DNA of 64,000 bases, from the NCBI GenBank assembly GCA_965235115.1, contig OZ249440.1, positions 31,870,001 through 31,934,000 on the forward strand, in the 5' to 3' direction. Shown here in pieces: positions 1 to 12,841 of the stretch. A model generated the notes under the pieces. The model searched no databases. It was not told the DNA's origin and was given only the letters and a program-made list of their open reading frames with translations. Made by a program: the position numbers and the translations under genes. This DNA comes from Laetmonice hystrix. Its lineage: Eukaryota. Within the stretch, counting starts at the first letter, position 1. Every line of letters begins with the position of its first letter.

Positions 1-2222
1 ATTTTGCATGGCAAGACCAGCTAGGTAGAAAAGTCACAAGTTTTCAGGTTTTTTATACCTTTTTCATGGTTTTTAAATGGCCATACGAAAAAGAATCCTT
101 TAACCTATTTATTAAATTTTATACTGGACAAAAACTGAATATCTCTAGTTTCCTTTGCACCAATTTCCATGTGAATTGATTCATTATTCCCACTGCGGGC
201 GAAGCACCAAGGTCAGAAAAACTAAATTTTTTGTTCCCAACTTAAGGTGCAGAGCTATAGATCAATTGGTTGTGAGAGAAGTATGTAATTTGTTGCAATC
301 CGATGCATTTTGGAGCACAAAATAAGTTCTTCAATGACCAATGTGACCAAAGGCTAAAGTGCCTCCTCAAGTCCAACAGCAACTTTGGCTAGATCTATAC
401 CGGGTAGCATGAAATTATGCCGAGCGTAGTAAGGCAAAAAAAATTTTTAGGTGGTTTTTATCTTGCGACTGAAAGAAAAAAAACCTTCTAAATTATAATG
501 TTTGAACCCTCTTAAGTTAAAATGTGTGTATCTGCAAAATTTTAGGGGGGGGGTTCGAACTCCCTGAACCTCCCCCCTGGATCCGCCAGTGACAGCGCCT
601 GGCATTTCACGTAGACTATCTAGGGCCTACTGGCCATGCAGGCCCTCTCGCAGCGCGTTCAACCAGCGGTGACGCAGTCACGCGATGCGCCGCAGATGGC
701 TGACGGAGCTACAGGCCCGACTTGCTCGTAAACAACTGGACCGTGTGGACGGTATATTTGTCCAATAATCATAATCAAGTTTGGAATAGAAATTTAATTA
801 CCGTTGCTCTCTGAAAATATCGATTTCAGGCTCAGTGGAAGAAGTTTAGTATTAAAACGAAGGCTGCAAAGTTGCGATAACGGACCTCTTCGCAGGGCGT
901 CGCCGGGCCAGAGTCACTACAGCTGGGGTGTTTCTGAAGAGCCTACATTCCTTACACAGCTTCTCGGGAATTTCTGTACATTTTTCTCTCATCACTCTCT
1001 GATTGCTTTATAAACCTTCCTTTATGCTTCACAGGCATATTCAGTCGTATAGATGGGAACATTCTTGCTTATAAGGTCGAAGTCGGCCGCCAAACAAAAA
1101 TACTGCGCAGTGGGAATTGAATTGAGTGGTGCAAAACACGTATACCGGGCACGGCTACACCCGCCTAGAAACAGCTACAACACTTGCTCAACATGTGCAA
1201 TGATGATGCACATAAACAAATGGAGCGATTGTCTTTAAACCACTGGTGAACAAAATTCCTCATATGTACATGGGGGAAAGGTTATCTGTTGTATTTACCA
1301 GAAAATGGGCTGGCATGGTTTGTGTACATAACGGAGATTGAAAGAAATGGTTACGTACACATGCCACCCAAAAGATTGTCCAGGAACAAAATATGCAGCA
1401 GGCAGCATACGTGAACAGTGGACCTATAGAAATAACATGATATTTTGGATTGTTGCAAAGAGATAATATGAGAAAGTAACTTATATAGAGGGAATGTTTT
1501 ATTGTGCAAGTGGGACTGCCTCTCTCAGGTTTGGAAAATGCAGCCAAAATTGGAGTGTTTTGAGGTATGACACCCCCATTACAAAAAACGGGGGCGATTT
1601 TTTTTTATATCTTTAATGTTGTCAGTTAATGGAAATATATTAATCATTTAGAAATTATAAGAAAATTGTGTGATTTACACAATGAAATTCTGTGAGCTCT
1701 AATGTGTAGCACCTTGGTAGACTGACCCATATACATAATACAAAATAAAAATACAACTTGCCATAAGAGGGCATTAAATCTGATACAGACATCGCGATCG
1801 AGAGGAGAACATACGGCACACGTGGCTGACTCGCAAGTGTCAGTCACGGTGTCTGACAGGGAGGCGCTCGGTGGGAGGAGCGGGCAACCGGCTGGACGGG
1901 TGGCGGCCTCCGCCGGGTGCCGCTCTGCCTCGGAGGGAGGGAGATAGGGCGACCTTCTGAAAGGCCACACCCCACCCACATCAGAATTTCTTATGTTGTA
2001 GGCTACTTAGAAGTTAGAGAAATTTAAATGCGACTTCTTCTTTCATCTGGAACATCTGGCAAAGAAATAATGAATATACAGTACTGAAATTGAGGGCCGA
2101 GCCAAACGAACATTTTGGGGTAAGGGGTAGATACGAGGCTCCCCCATAACAAAATAAGCACGACAACAGTATATTTTTAAAAAAATATTCTGCTTAAATA
2201 TGTCCAGGCTAAGTAGGCAAAA

Positions 2223-2620
2223 CAGGGATCGATTTCAACGGGAGTCCGTGACTCCCAAAAATTGGCACGGACTCCTAGCAGCCACCTACCATGAGTCCGG
2301 CTGTCTCGTAGTCATTTACTGGGGGTCCCGCACATTTTAACCCAGGACCAGGTGATGATTGTCCAGTCACAACGAATATCTGCTACTCAGCAGGGGTCAC
2401 AAGACTGATGTTTCACTCAGCCCTCCCCCCCTTGATAACTTGATTGTTTATGCCAAACTATTACGGAATAACACTCTCTGTAATTGGTCTTTGTTTGTAC
2501 ATCCAGTCACGCTGTATTCCCTATAGGATAGCGGACTCCCACATTTTTTGGCAGACTTTTAAAGTTTTAACTTGGGAGTCCTGTTGACTCCTAAAAAATC
2601 ACACACGAAATCTACCCCCG
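2223..2620. mobile_element. hAT-like MITE, 5-bp TSD
   Basis: Imperfect TIR CAGGGATCGATTTC / GAAATCTACCCCCG; CAAAA on both flanks; GGGAGTCC subterminal motifs. Confidence 0.7.
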
Positions 2621-3050
2621 CAAAAGATGGGAAATTTGACAACAGGAGAATATTGTCTAAAATCTAAATATCAAATTAATGGAAAATTTTGTATTTTTTT
2701 ACCTTTTTGTGACTATTAATCCTTTTTTTTAAGTTGCTGCCACCTATTTAAAATCAATACTGTGACAAAGCTTGATGTATAGACAGGTTTGTGACGGAAG
2801 AAGGATGTAGATCATATTTTGGGGTCCTTATGAGAGAAATTAAAAATATGTAAATTTGGCCTTTTTTTGGCACTTATGATGACCTAGGAGCCTAATTAGG
2901 ACGGTAACCCCCTCAAATTTTTGCTTATTTTGACTCTATTATTGGAGTTCTTGACTTAGGAAGCTTTCTAGAAGTTTGACAATATTTTTATTTTTGACGC
3001 TCATCCCTCCTTAATTCAATGCCAAGTGGTATACAAAGTTTTTAGCTTAC

Positions 3051-3170
3051 CTGAGTGACAAGGGGCTCCAAAGTTTTTTCCACTGACTTGGTGCGGATCT
3101 CCAGATTCTTGGGGTCCCACTTGATGCCAAGAGACCCCAAAGGGCTCAAGATTTGCGTCATCCTAACCAT
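3051..3170 (-). CDS. CTNNA: Alpha-catenin first coding exon (MVRMTQILSPLGSLGIKWDPKNLEIRTKSVEKTLEPLVTQ); gene continues off the left edge
   Basis: Hand translation gives KWDPKNLEIRTxSVEKTLEPLVTQ, the conserved alpha-catenin N-terminus. It ends at a phase-0 CAG|GTAAG donor. Candidate acceptors are ttacag|3273 and caacag|3174. Confidence 0.95.
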
Positions 3171-3564
3171 GGAACTGTTGCACACAAGAAGCCGTCGTTA
3201 GATCAGCTACAACAACCACAACAACATCAACTAAGCCAGCTACTCACACACTACAGGATTTCTGACTCTAAATCTGTAACACAACACAATACAAGACCCT
3301 GATAGAGTCACAGCCCCCAACTGGGTAGGGACTAATTAATTATCTATGGCTCTAGGAGTATGAGAATTCCTAATGATCTCCATGTCTAAGGACGAAAATT
3401 CCTAATGATGTCAATAGGGGACGCAAGTAGGTCACGACACAGCACAAGAAATCTCGAGAACTGTGATGTTTGGCACCCACGCGATCGTAGTCTCGTCACT
3501 TTAGCACTGTGAATCCCATAGGAGCCGGCAGCTGTCAACTTCTAAAGATTATCATTTCATTGTT

Positions 3565-4766
3565 CAGGGATGCCAGTTAGGTGTGTCTCAAAAATCGGAA
3601 AAATGATGAGCTTTGGGAGGGTGAACACATGGAGGGCGAAGCCGTCTATTGCAAGGGCCGAAGGCGCGCAGCCCCTGGCGGGGGGTCTGGGGGTCCTCCC
3701 CCCAAAAAATTTGAGAATTTGAAGCCTAAAATAAGCGATCCTGGTGCTTTCCCACTGAAAACTAGACAGTCAAATATATGTCATAATCAAGGAAAACATT
3801 TTAGAATTTCTCACACTGGGTGGTCATTTTCACGTTGAGAGACCTGAGCAACACAATCTCATACAACCAACCATGCTACCCGCCGACAGATGAGGTCTCA
3901 TGTAGGGTCTACGCAGTGAGTCCCAGAGTCCTTCGTGTACGGATGATCACGGCCGCCTGGCCACCACTTGGCACCCCAGCCCGGGGCCACGAGTCGGGGA
4001 GGCGGAGACCGTCTCAGCCCCTCCCACTACCCACAGAAAGGGGGATTCCTGCCCATTGACCCTAATGACCAATGCTAGTAGTCCCGTAGTGGGTGATCTA
4101 ATGCCGTACCATGGCGGGAAACCAAGCCGGCGAGACAGCATGCAGCTGGTGTGGGGAGCACTATAAATTTGAATACAGACTGACGGCTTTTACATGAACC
4201 GCCAGTCCTCCCTATTGTTAATATGCACAACTGGCTGTGTGGAAGGGGTGGGTGTTTACCTATCTCAACAGCCACCCCACGCTCGGAGCCGCGGAAAACA
4301 GTTTATTTCCTGGTCTTGCCAGAAGTTACTCTTGACTCCTCGTTTCATAATTGGTTTAGATATCTATTTGAAAGTACAAGAGGTTTGTTTCTATGACTGT
4401 GACATAATTTCACAATGTTCAGTTTATGGAGATTGATAGTGCTATTTGGAGCACGGTAAAAACCCCACTGCGTCTCATGCAAATATTTTACTTCTAGCTT
4501 GACATGGGCCAAGGGTCCCTACTGATTATCAACCAATGAGAGAGCAGATCTTTATTTGGTGCCCAACAAAGGTTCCGATATCGGAAATGTCGGAAGAAAT
4601 GTAGGAACTCAAGCTGCATCATGCAGACGGTGAATACAACATCTCATCGGAACGGAATAAACGGGATATGACAGGAAATAAGAGAAATCAAAGGAAACAT
4701 TAGGAATTCCCCACTAGCCCCTGAAAAAACGGATTTCCGATTATTCCAGGAAGACTGGCATCCCTG
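3565..4766. mobile_element. hAT-like non-autonomous element, 6-bp TSD
   Basis: 13-bp TIR CAGGGATGCCAGT / ACTGGCATCCCTG; TSD ATTGTT. Confidence 0.85.
3864..4150 (-). ncRNA. Candidate structured RNA of unknown family, inside the MITE
   Basis: Nested stems pair the two ends and internal segments; G-U pairs favour the minus strand. Confidence 0.35.
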
Positions 4767-5065
4767 ATTGTTAGGGCGCTTTTATTGTTGTACCTTACAA
4801 AACAAGAGCACCAACCTGTTTTACGTTTCATGGTTTAGATGTCAAAATTAACAAAAATCCGGTCGATGTTAAACCAATGGGGGAATTGTGACGTAACAAT
4901 CGTTTAGGTGCCAGAGTGACGCATTTAGAGGCTATTTCTGCTCATTTGCATATATCTATGACACGAGACTTGCGCGCCCTATTTCTAAGGAGGAGAATTC
5001 TTACTAGTACTGTGCCATGTGCCAAGAAAAAAGTGAGCACTGATACACTCTGTTATATGTTTTAA

Positions 5066-5346
5066 AGCTAGGTGTCCACTTGTGCAGACATTTCAATCGT
5101 CGTACAGGTATTTCCCTTCAGTTGACATCAGTACCCTGGGAAATACCAATGTAGCAGGAAGCAATGTACCAATGCCAATGTAGCAGGAAGCTGCGTATGC
5201 TCGTACTCTGGAGACAAAAGTGACATCTGGGGAAAGGGTGGTCGAACTTGTAGGGTCTCCGCACTGACTGCCGCACAACTGCACACAAACATGAATGTGG
5301 CGTTGTCCGCATCTGTGTCAGTGTCCGCACAAGTGGACACCTAGCT
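5066..5346. mobile_element. PIF/Harbinger-like MITE
   Basis: TIR AGCTAGGTGTCCACTTGTGC; TAA/TTA flanks. Confidence 0.8.
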
Positions 5347-5666
5347 TTACACTCTCAGGACAATAAGCAGGCAACTAAGTTGAAGTAGAGTACATCTATG
5401 AATTAACTTGGTGACACAACCAAAACTAAAGAATGGGCTCCAAATGTGACAACCACATTTCAGCCTGCTGTTACAGTAGAAGCTTGCCTAATGACCACCT
5501 CAGAACTAAAACCACCTGAAAAAAACGCCCACTTTTGAGCAGTCCCAAAATTATCCCTATATTTTCAATGCATATGCTTTAGAAATATGCCCACCTTGGC
5601 ATTCACTTTTACGACCACTCTTTTTAGTCCCAAATTGGATTCTGCCTCACAATAACGACTGGTCAG

Positions 5667-6229
5667 CAGGGCTTGAAAAATCACGTGCCCGAGGGCACCG
5701 AAATTTTTATCAGGGCACCTAAAAAAGAATTCTGTCATGAAAGAACGTGCCCAGACAGGCACCTTCAAATGACTCAGGCCATTACATACGTATAGTCACT
5801 ACATAATACTCATGACAGTAAGACTTCCATGGCTTGCTATCATCCCCCTCCTCCATGCCAAATTTGCCCTCTATCCTGTTGTTATCACAATTCACTCTTG
5901 CAGAAGTTTAACCCTTTGAACCCTGAACCATTATTGATCATTTTTTTATATATCTGGACTTTTTTTCTGGCCATTAAATTAAGCTTAATGAGCTGGCCGG
6001 AAAACCGGCCAATCGGTATATTTTAAAATGTACTTTGGCCGGAAATTCGGCCAATAGGATTCAAAGGGTTAACAAAAATACAGTAGACTAACTCTTAGCA
6101 TGACATTATCAATTCAACTCAGAATGGCCAGGCACCAACTCAGAATGGCTGGGCACCAAGAATTTCATGATAGGGAAAAACTAGGTGCCCGGTAGGGCAC
6201 CTAACCTTCAGAAAATTTTTCGACCCCTG
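5667..6229 (+). mobile_element. hAT-like MITE, 5-bp TSD (copy 1)
   Basis: CAGGGCTTGAAAAA ... TTTTTCGACCCCTG; TSD GTCAG; empty site at ~31769. Confidence 0.9.
5912..6068. mobile_element. piggyBac-like MITE
   Basis: TTAA|CCCTTTGAA ... TTCAAAGGG|TTAA; empty site in the copy at 16800-17216. Confidence 0.9.
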
Positions 6230-7704
6230 GTCAGTGACCAGATGGAGTAGCTGGCAGTGTTTGTACATGTAGTTGGAAGACATTGAGCAAATGGCAGACC
6301 TGCCAACATAAACCAAATATTTTTGCGCCGCAACATTCAGCCCCATGCCACAAAGTGGCACAGCCAGGGCACATGCCGCATGCCAGGACTGTGTCTCAGA
6401 CGGTAGCTGAGGGTGACGGTCAGAATCCGGGAACAGCCCCAAAGCAATGCTGGGGTATTGTGTCGACAGTCTAGATCCGCCACTGAGTACGGGAGGGGGA
6501 TATCCCCCTTCTGCTGGGGAATATGGGGAGCCACCACCCAAAAAAATTAAATTAAGGGTTGTTTCAGATGCATTCTGGGAGGCATTTCCACGTGACTAGC
6601 GTTACATTTTTTGCCCACTTTTCAAACTATGTGTATCTGCTAGTTTTATTTTTAAGAGGCAATTTTTTTAAGATCCAGGCAGTGGGTGATATATGACCCC
6701 CTCTTTTGGTGGAAGGCCTATTGGTAGATAGACAGCGATTACTCAGAGGTGTAAGGGTCGATTTCTTTGAAACTTCACACAATGATCAGGGATGATCTGA
6801 GGATGGTGCACGTCAAACAGATTTTTGATATTCCTCAAAATGGCCGCTTGGCGGCCATCTTGGATGTAAACACAAATTCGTGTTTGTAAACTTAACCACA
6901 TTGCGATGGTCAGAAAAGGGTTAATACAGCTGAACCCCACTATAATCTTTATATGACAGTTAGTAGACATACAGGGCTGCCTGATAAAAAATATTTCATT
7001 CAAATCTGATGAGGGCGCATTGAGAAATGTGACCCCCGAAAACACCGAATTTTGCGTTTTGACCGACTTGCGCGCCACCTATAATCTCGCGCCTTTATTA
7101 TCCCACATTAATTTCAAGTGGCATAGTATTGGGCTTGCTAATGGAATCATATCATGCATAAACTAGCTTGGGATGTTGAGGGCGCAGTCCAGAAATGCCT
7201 CAAATATAAGTGTGAATTCAGCAAAAAGTAGCATTTTGCAGCGCCCCCTATAGGTGGCGCCCTCAACTGCCCACCAAAATTTTACAATTTTCCGGAACTC
7301 CTTCCATTGTAGATTGACATCAATCAAAATAAAGCTGGGCAATCATTGGCGCATTGAGATATTTCAATTTCAAAAGCTAATTTTGTTAGAAGTCAAATTT
7401 TGGCCCTCGAAAAACTGACCCTTCTAGAGGCCCAAAACCGTTGGGTTTAGGGACCTAGAAATTGAGGATTTTTCTCTTAAAGATTCCAACAGTGTTGTAT
7501 GCAGGAACCCATTTGTATAAGGTATTAAATGATGAACAGAAACTAGTATGATTACATAATTAGTCTTTAAATTGCATCTAATTATCGTGTGATTCACGTT
7601 ATACAAAAAGGAATGTGCGAAAACCTACCCCAACACTTTTCAAAATTCTCCTCAAACTATAAATGACAGGAGTGAATCAATACTTGTTATTTATTAACAA
7701 CTAA

Positions 7705-7950
7705 ACGGGCTCCTAAACCCAATTAGAGGTCGATTTCGGTAAGTTTGGGGGCTCCCAAATACAATTACAGGTCGATTTCGGTAAGTTTGGGGGCTCCTAA
7801 ACCCAATTAGAGGTCGATTTCGGTAATTTGGGGAGCTCTCAAACACAATTCGAGGTCGATTTCGGTAAGGTTGGGGCTCCTAAACCCAATTAGAAGTCGA
7901 TTTCGATAAGTTTGGGGCCTCCCAAACACAATTAGAGGTCGATTTCGTTA
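7705..7950 (+). repeat. ~42-bp minisatellite (resumes at ~18447-18500)
   Basis: About six copies of CTCCYAAACMCAATTAGAGGTCGATTTCGGTAAGTTTGGGGG. Confidence 0.9.
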
Positions 7951-8279
7951 AGCTACTGTCCCACTGCGCCGTTTAACGATTCCGTCTGAAAAATGAAGGC
8001 GTACGTTTATTGGACTTCAATATTCGTTTTTCATTCTTTTTTTAGCTGGTTTTCAGACGTATTTAGACGTTGACAGACGGCGCTGGCCGTTTTAGACTTT
8101 GGACATGTTCAAAGATTGAAACAGCCAGCTTCCGATCGCGATTGGCGGTTCTCATATGTTACTCTGGTGGTTTTTTGCCGTTTTCATCGTTACTCAGGCG
8201 GAATCTTACCGGTTTTTAGACTTTTATGGCTGTTTGGCAGGCGAACAGCTCGTCCGCCTCCAGCCATGGAACGCACCAT

Positions 8280-8623
8280 CAGTGGGGGATCCAGGATTTT
8301 GATAAGGGGGGGCCCACCTAAAAATTTTTTAGCCTCGCTACGCTCTGCATGATTTTATTGTAATCATGGCCATTTTGGGCCCCTTTTGGTCTATTTCAAT
8401 GCTGCATGACCCAGAGTTATGTTGCTCCTGGATGACTGAGGAGGCCCTATTGGGCCCGATGTTCACGTACAATATAGCAGGCTTTTTTTTACACAATTTT
8501 GTTGGAATACTGGTTTCAGGGTCCGAATAATGCATCTTCTTACAAGAAAGCGGGGAAAAGGAAAATTTAAGTGGGGGGGGGGGGAGCTGGGCCCCTTGGG
8601 GCCCACCCCTGGTTCCCCCAGTG
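8280..8623. mobile_element. hAT-like MITE, 6-bp TSD
   Basis: CAGTGGGGGATCCAGG ... CCTGGTTCCCCCAGTG; TSD CACCAT. Confidence 0.8.
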
Positions 8624-8977
8624 CACCATACGTCTATGGAACAGTGAAACCGGCAAGAAAACAGCTGCATAACGTCCAAGAAACATTTACTTAACAAATA
8701 CATGAGCACCTGATCTCAGGCAAAAGACAGTCCTCGCAACGGTAAAAACGGATGGATACGGATTGAGGAATGTCTATCAATGTCTAATCACGTCTGAATA
8801 ACGGTCAAAACGCATATAAAAGTTACAGATAAGTGCCAGAAACGCCTTGGCAACGGCCAGACGGGCAGAAACGGACATCCAGCTGAAAAAGCTTGGGTCC
8901 TGCGTACCTAAAACTTCTCACAATACTTTTTAAAATAATTAAAAAAATTAAATTTCACCCTCATAGCCAAGCTCCTG

Positions 8978-9246
8978 GAACCGTTTCTTTTTTGTTTACT
9001 TTTCCACCGTGAGCAAGGGTGAGCTGAGCTGAGCTGAGCAAGGTTGAGCAGAAGCTCATGCTCACCGTTTTGCTCACTGTTTTCGTTTTTTGGGGTGTTT
9101 TTTCGTCAGCTTGCTCACCATGAGCACGCCTCATGGAAAAAAGCAACTCAAAAAACACGAAAACGTTGAGAATGAGCTCATGCTCACCCTTGCTCAGCTC
9201 AGCTCACCCTTGATCATGGTGGAAAAGTAAACTAAAAAACTGGGCC
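8978..9246. mobile_element. Palindromic Harbinger-like MITE with CTG flanks
   Basis: Long inverted arms (TTTACTTTTCCACC...GTGAGCTGAGC); CTG on both sides. Confidence 0.7.
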
Positions 9247-11026
9247 CTGGGCCTTCTCGGCCCACAGAACGATCGATGTGGACTGTCCACGAGCTACGAC
9301 TGTTGTGAGGAGGCGATGGGCGGAGTTTGGCCTTTTTAAAGATGGAAACTGAATGGTGATAGACGTATTTCAGACGTTTTTCTGCCGTTTTGTTCGTTAC
9401 TCATACTTAAAGGAGACAAGAATCGAAAATCGCTATTTCGATGCAAAAATCTTTGAGAGTTAGGGAAATATATCTAAAATATAATAAGCAAGCTTTAGAA
9501 ATATTGTAACCGAGTTTTTTTATGTTGTTAGCACTTTCTTCGTCTCTGTGTTATCCGGCGGGAAATTCAAACACATGAACTATTAGTTCTTGATTACTGC
9601 TGCTAGGGGGCCAAATGACGTCATTCCCGTCCTTCCTCATCTGAAGGGGCCGCTAACAACATGGCGTGGTGTGTGATGTTCACAAAGTGATGAATCTCCA
9701 TTAGATTTTACAATTTAGGTTATGATGATCTGCGAGTATACCGCTTTGAGCCGGTGGGCCCAGGCCGCCGGGATAATGCTTACAGTGATTCTGACACACA
9801 CTGTCTGTAGCAGTAGTCGTGGTAGACTGGTAGTGACACCGAGTGACAACCCTGGACTCGAGGAATGGTAGGAGACATCCCGATGTTCATTCACAATCAC
9901 ACTCACAGGCTACTTAGTTGAACTTAGCCTTAGTTTACTATTGAACGCCTAATGTTAAGGGAACGCATGTAAATTGACTTGATCATCATCATGTCGATCA
10001 CAGTTTCGAGACAACTCGCACCAAATACAAACTCGAACCCTCAGCCTCTCCTTGTGAGCCGACGCAGCAGCCGACTGTAGGGCAGGCCGGGCAGGATGGG
10101 GCCAGCCCGGCGCTATTTATGTTGGCGGCTCTTGGGCGGTGCTGCCGCCGCCTGACGTCCATGCACCTGCCTGGGCGAGTCGACAGCCCACGCCACGCCA
10201 AGCCAAAGCGGGCGGCCGGCCGGAGGTGGTTGTGGGCCGGGCCATCACTACGGCCTTACCTAGCCGGGGGAGGCGCAACTGCCCCCAGTAATCATGGAAA
10301 ACGTGCCCTTTTTTACCAGCAGGTGCCCTTTTTAAAATATTATTATTATATTATATTATATTAAATTATATTAAACGTCCACCACCAGTGTGTACATCCA
10401 GGCACACAGGCCGTGATATTCTAAGCAATTTAAAAAAGATTTGAACATAATTGGTGCTCAAATAGTTAAGATATAAGCACTTTAGTGCCGGAGCCTGCTT
10501 ACAACCTACTCCGCTGCTGGTGGCCGCCATTGCGTCTGATCCTTGGGCTAATCTCACATTGCGCATGCTCTAACCACTGCTCTCCAGTTTGGGAGGAACG
10601 AAAAACTGACGCACCTGTTGCGTTGAGCGATTCGAAAGGCGTTAACGTTGACAGCTTATAAGCAAAATTTGTTAGAACATAGACGAAAACCATCGATCAT
10701 AGTGTTGAGGAATGGCTAGGAATTAAGCCTACCGATGTCAGGGGATATATCAGGGTGGACACGGATTTGGGCAAGCTCCAGCCGTGGGTTTCGGCCGCCT
10801 GAATTCAAGTCGTCCCGCTCGAAGATGCGATGTTGACGGAGGTCCACTGCCACTGGGCCGGGGGGCCGGGCCCCGACTCCGACCCGTCACCGCGGGCAGG
10901 TGCTGGCAGTGTCAGACTCCTGTGATCAGTTCAGCACAGACCTGTTGCGTTTAGTTGTGACTGTGACTGTGGGACTGACCCCCATTGAGTTGCCGACCTG
11001 CCTCGGCTGCCTTTACTTTAGTCTAG

Positions 11027-12793
11027 GGGTCATTCCATGTCAAATCGACCAATTTTGGAAAATCTTCCCGGGGGACCATCTTCGATTTCTTTCAAATTTG
11101 GCATGCAGTTAGACCTGTGTATTTGCAGTACAATCCTAAAATTTTGCTCCAAAATACCCAACGGTCTCCGAGTTACACCCCGATAAGCGAGGGTGGGGGT
11201 ACCCCTGAACAAAGCACGTTTAATTCTGAGCCATTTTTAGAGGGCTATCATTCAGAAACTGTAAGAGCTGGCAACTTGTATTTTTCCCCACTGAAACTTC
11301 AATATGTAGAGACCAGGAAAAAGCTATAACATTTTATTTCTTTGCTTATTCCTTGGAACACCATGCCCCCCAAAATAGAAAAAAACAGATCGGAGAAAAA
11401 AAAGTTCAATATTCAAACATTTTTCATGCGAAGGTTATTTCTTGTAACTTCTTGATTTTTGGGGATTTGATTTATGGCTATATGAGGTGCATGTAGACAC
11501 CAAAATAATCTTCCAAAAATAGACACAGGTGGCGCCACTAGTGGCCAAAGTTGGCCGATCGCTAAATATGACCCATTTTGAGAGGCCATTTTACCTATGT
11601 GGCCAAGGTGGAAGAGCGTTGGGATATTTTTTCCTTGATAGTGCACATTTTTGCCATTAACAAAAACTAAGTCCCTAATCCCTTCCATACTTCCTTCCCT
11701 GTCAAATAATTTTTCAAATAATATCCATTTGAGTAAAGTTCACGCTGTGACGGGATATGAGGTACGTTGTTTTTATATCATAAAATTTTTATTATTTGCC
11801 AAAGAATTCTTGAAAGTGGTAAATATCCTAAACTGTTGGTCTTTTGTAGATTTTTGTCTTTAAATTAATTAGTTAATTAATTAATTATAAATAAATTTAT
11901 AAATTTATTTTAATTAATTAATTTAATTAATTAATTAAATTATTGATTTAATAACTTAAAATCATAAAATATAATAATATAAAATAAAATATAAAAATAA
12001 ATTATAAATTTATTTTATAATTAATTAATTACTTTAATAATTAATTTAAATACAAAAATCTTCAAAAGACCAACAGTTTAAGCTATTTACCACTTTCAAG
12101 AATTCTGTGGCAAATAATAAAAATATTTATGATATAAAAACAATGTACCTTGTATCTCGTCACAGCGTGAACTTTACTAAAATGGATATTATTTGAAAAA
12201 CTATTTGACAGGGAAGGAAGTATGGAAGGGATTAGGGACTTAGGTTTCTTTAATGTCCAAAATGTGCTTTATCAAGGAAAAAATATCACAATGCTCTTCC
12301 ACCTTGGCAACATAGGCAAAATGGCCCCTCAAAATGGGTCATATTTAGCGATCGGCCAACTTTGACCACTAGTGGCGCCACCTGTGTCTATTTTTAGAAG
12401 ATTATTTTGGTGTTTGCATGCACCTCATATAACCATAAATCAAATCCCTAAAGATCAAGAAGTTACAAGAAGGAACTTTTGCATGAAAAATGTTTGAATA
12501 TTGAATTTTTTTTTCTCCGATGTGTTTTTTTCTATTTTGGGGGGGCATGGTGCTCCAAGGAATAGGCAGAGAATTAAAATGTTATTACTTTTTCCTGGTC
12601 TCTACATATTAAAGTTTCAGTGGGCAAAAATACAAGTTGCCAGCTCTTGGGTATAACATGGGAACCGTTGGGAATTTGGAAGAAAAATTTCAGAAATGTA
12701 CTTCAGATATATAGATCTAACTACATGCCAAATAAGAAAAAAATTGGAGATGGTCACCCGGGAGCCACTGGTCGATTTGACATGGAATGACCC
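11027..12793. mobile_element. Foldback element (Sola2-like) with ~850-bp inverted arms and an AT-rich centre
   Basis: GGGTCATTCCATGTCAAATCGACCA at both ends; CTAG (or TA) duplication; arms match along their length. Confidence 0.85.
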
Positions 12794-12841
12794 CTAGTCT
12801 AGCCTAGCCCCGGCATGCAGCCAATAGATTAGCCCTGGAAC

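Larger units (their letters stand above)
5474..6285 (+). mobile_element. Tc1/pogo (Tigger-like) MITE, left part, interrupted by insertions
   Basis: TA|CAGTAGAA terminus; colinear with the copy starting at 31579. Confidence 0.75.

Noticed and set aside
2985..3014. Kolobok-like terminus ...CATCCCTCC|TTAA
   Set aside because: No partner end found in the window, so it cannot be delimited.
3864..4150. Telomerase RNA, 7SK or hammerhead identity for the structured segment
   Set aside because: ACCCTAA is too short for a template and on the other strand; GATC spacing differs from 7SK; CAGATGAG...GAAAC lacks the canonical core geometry.
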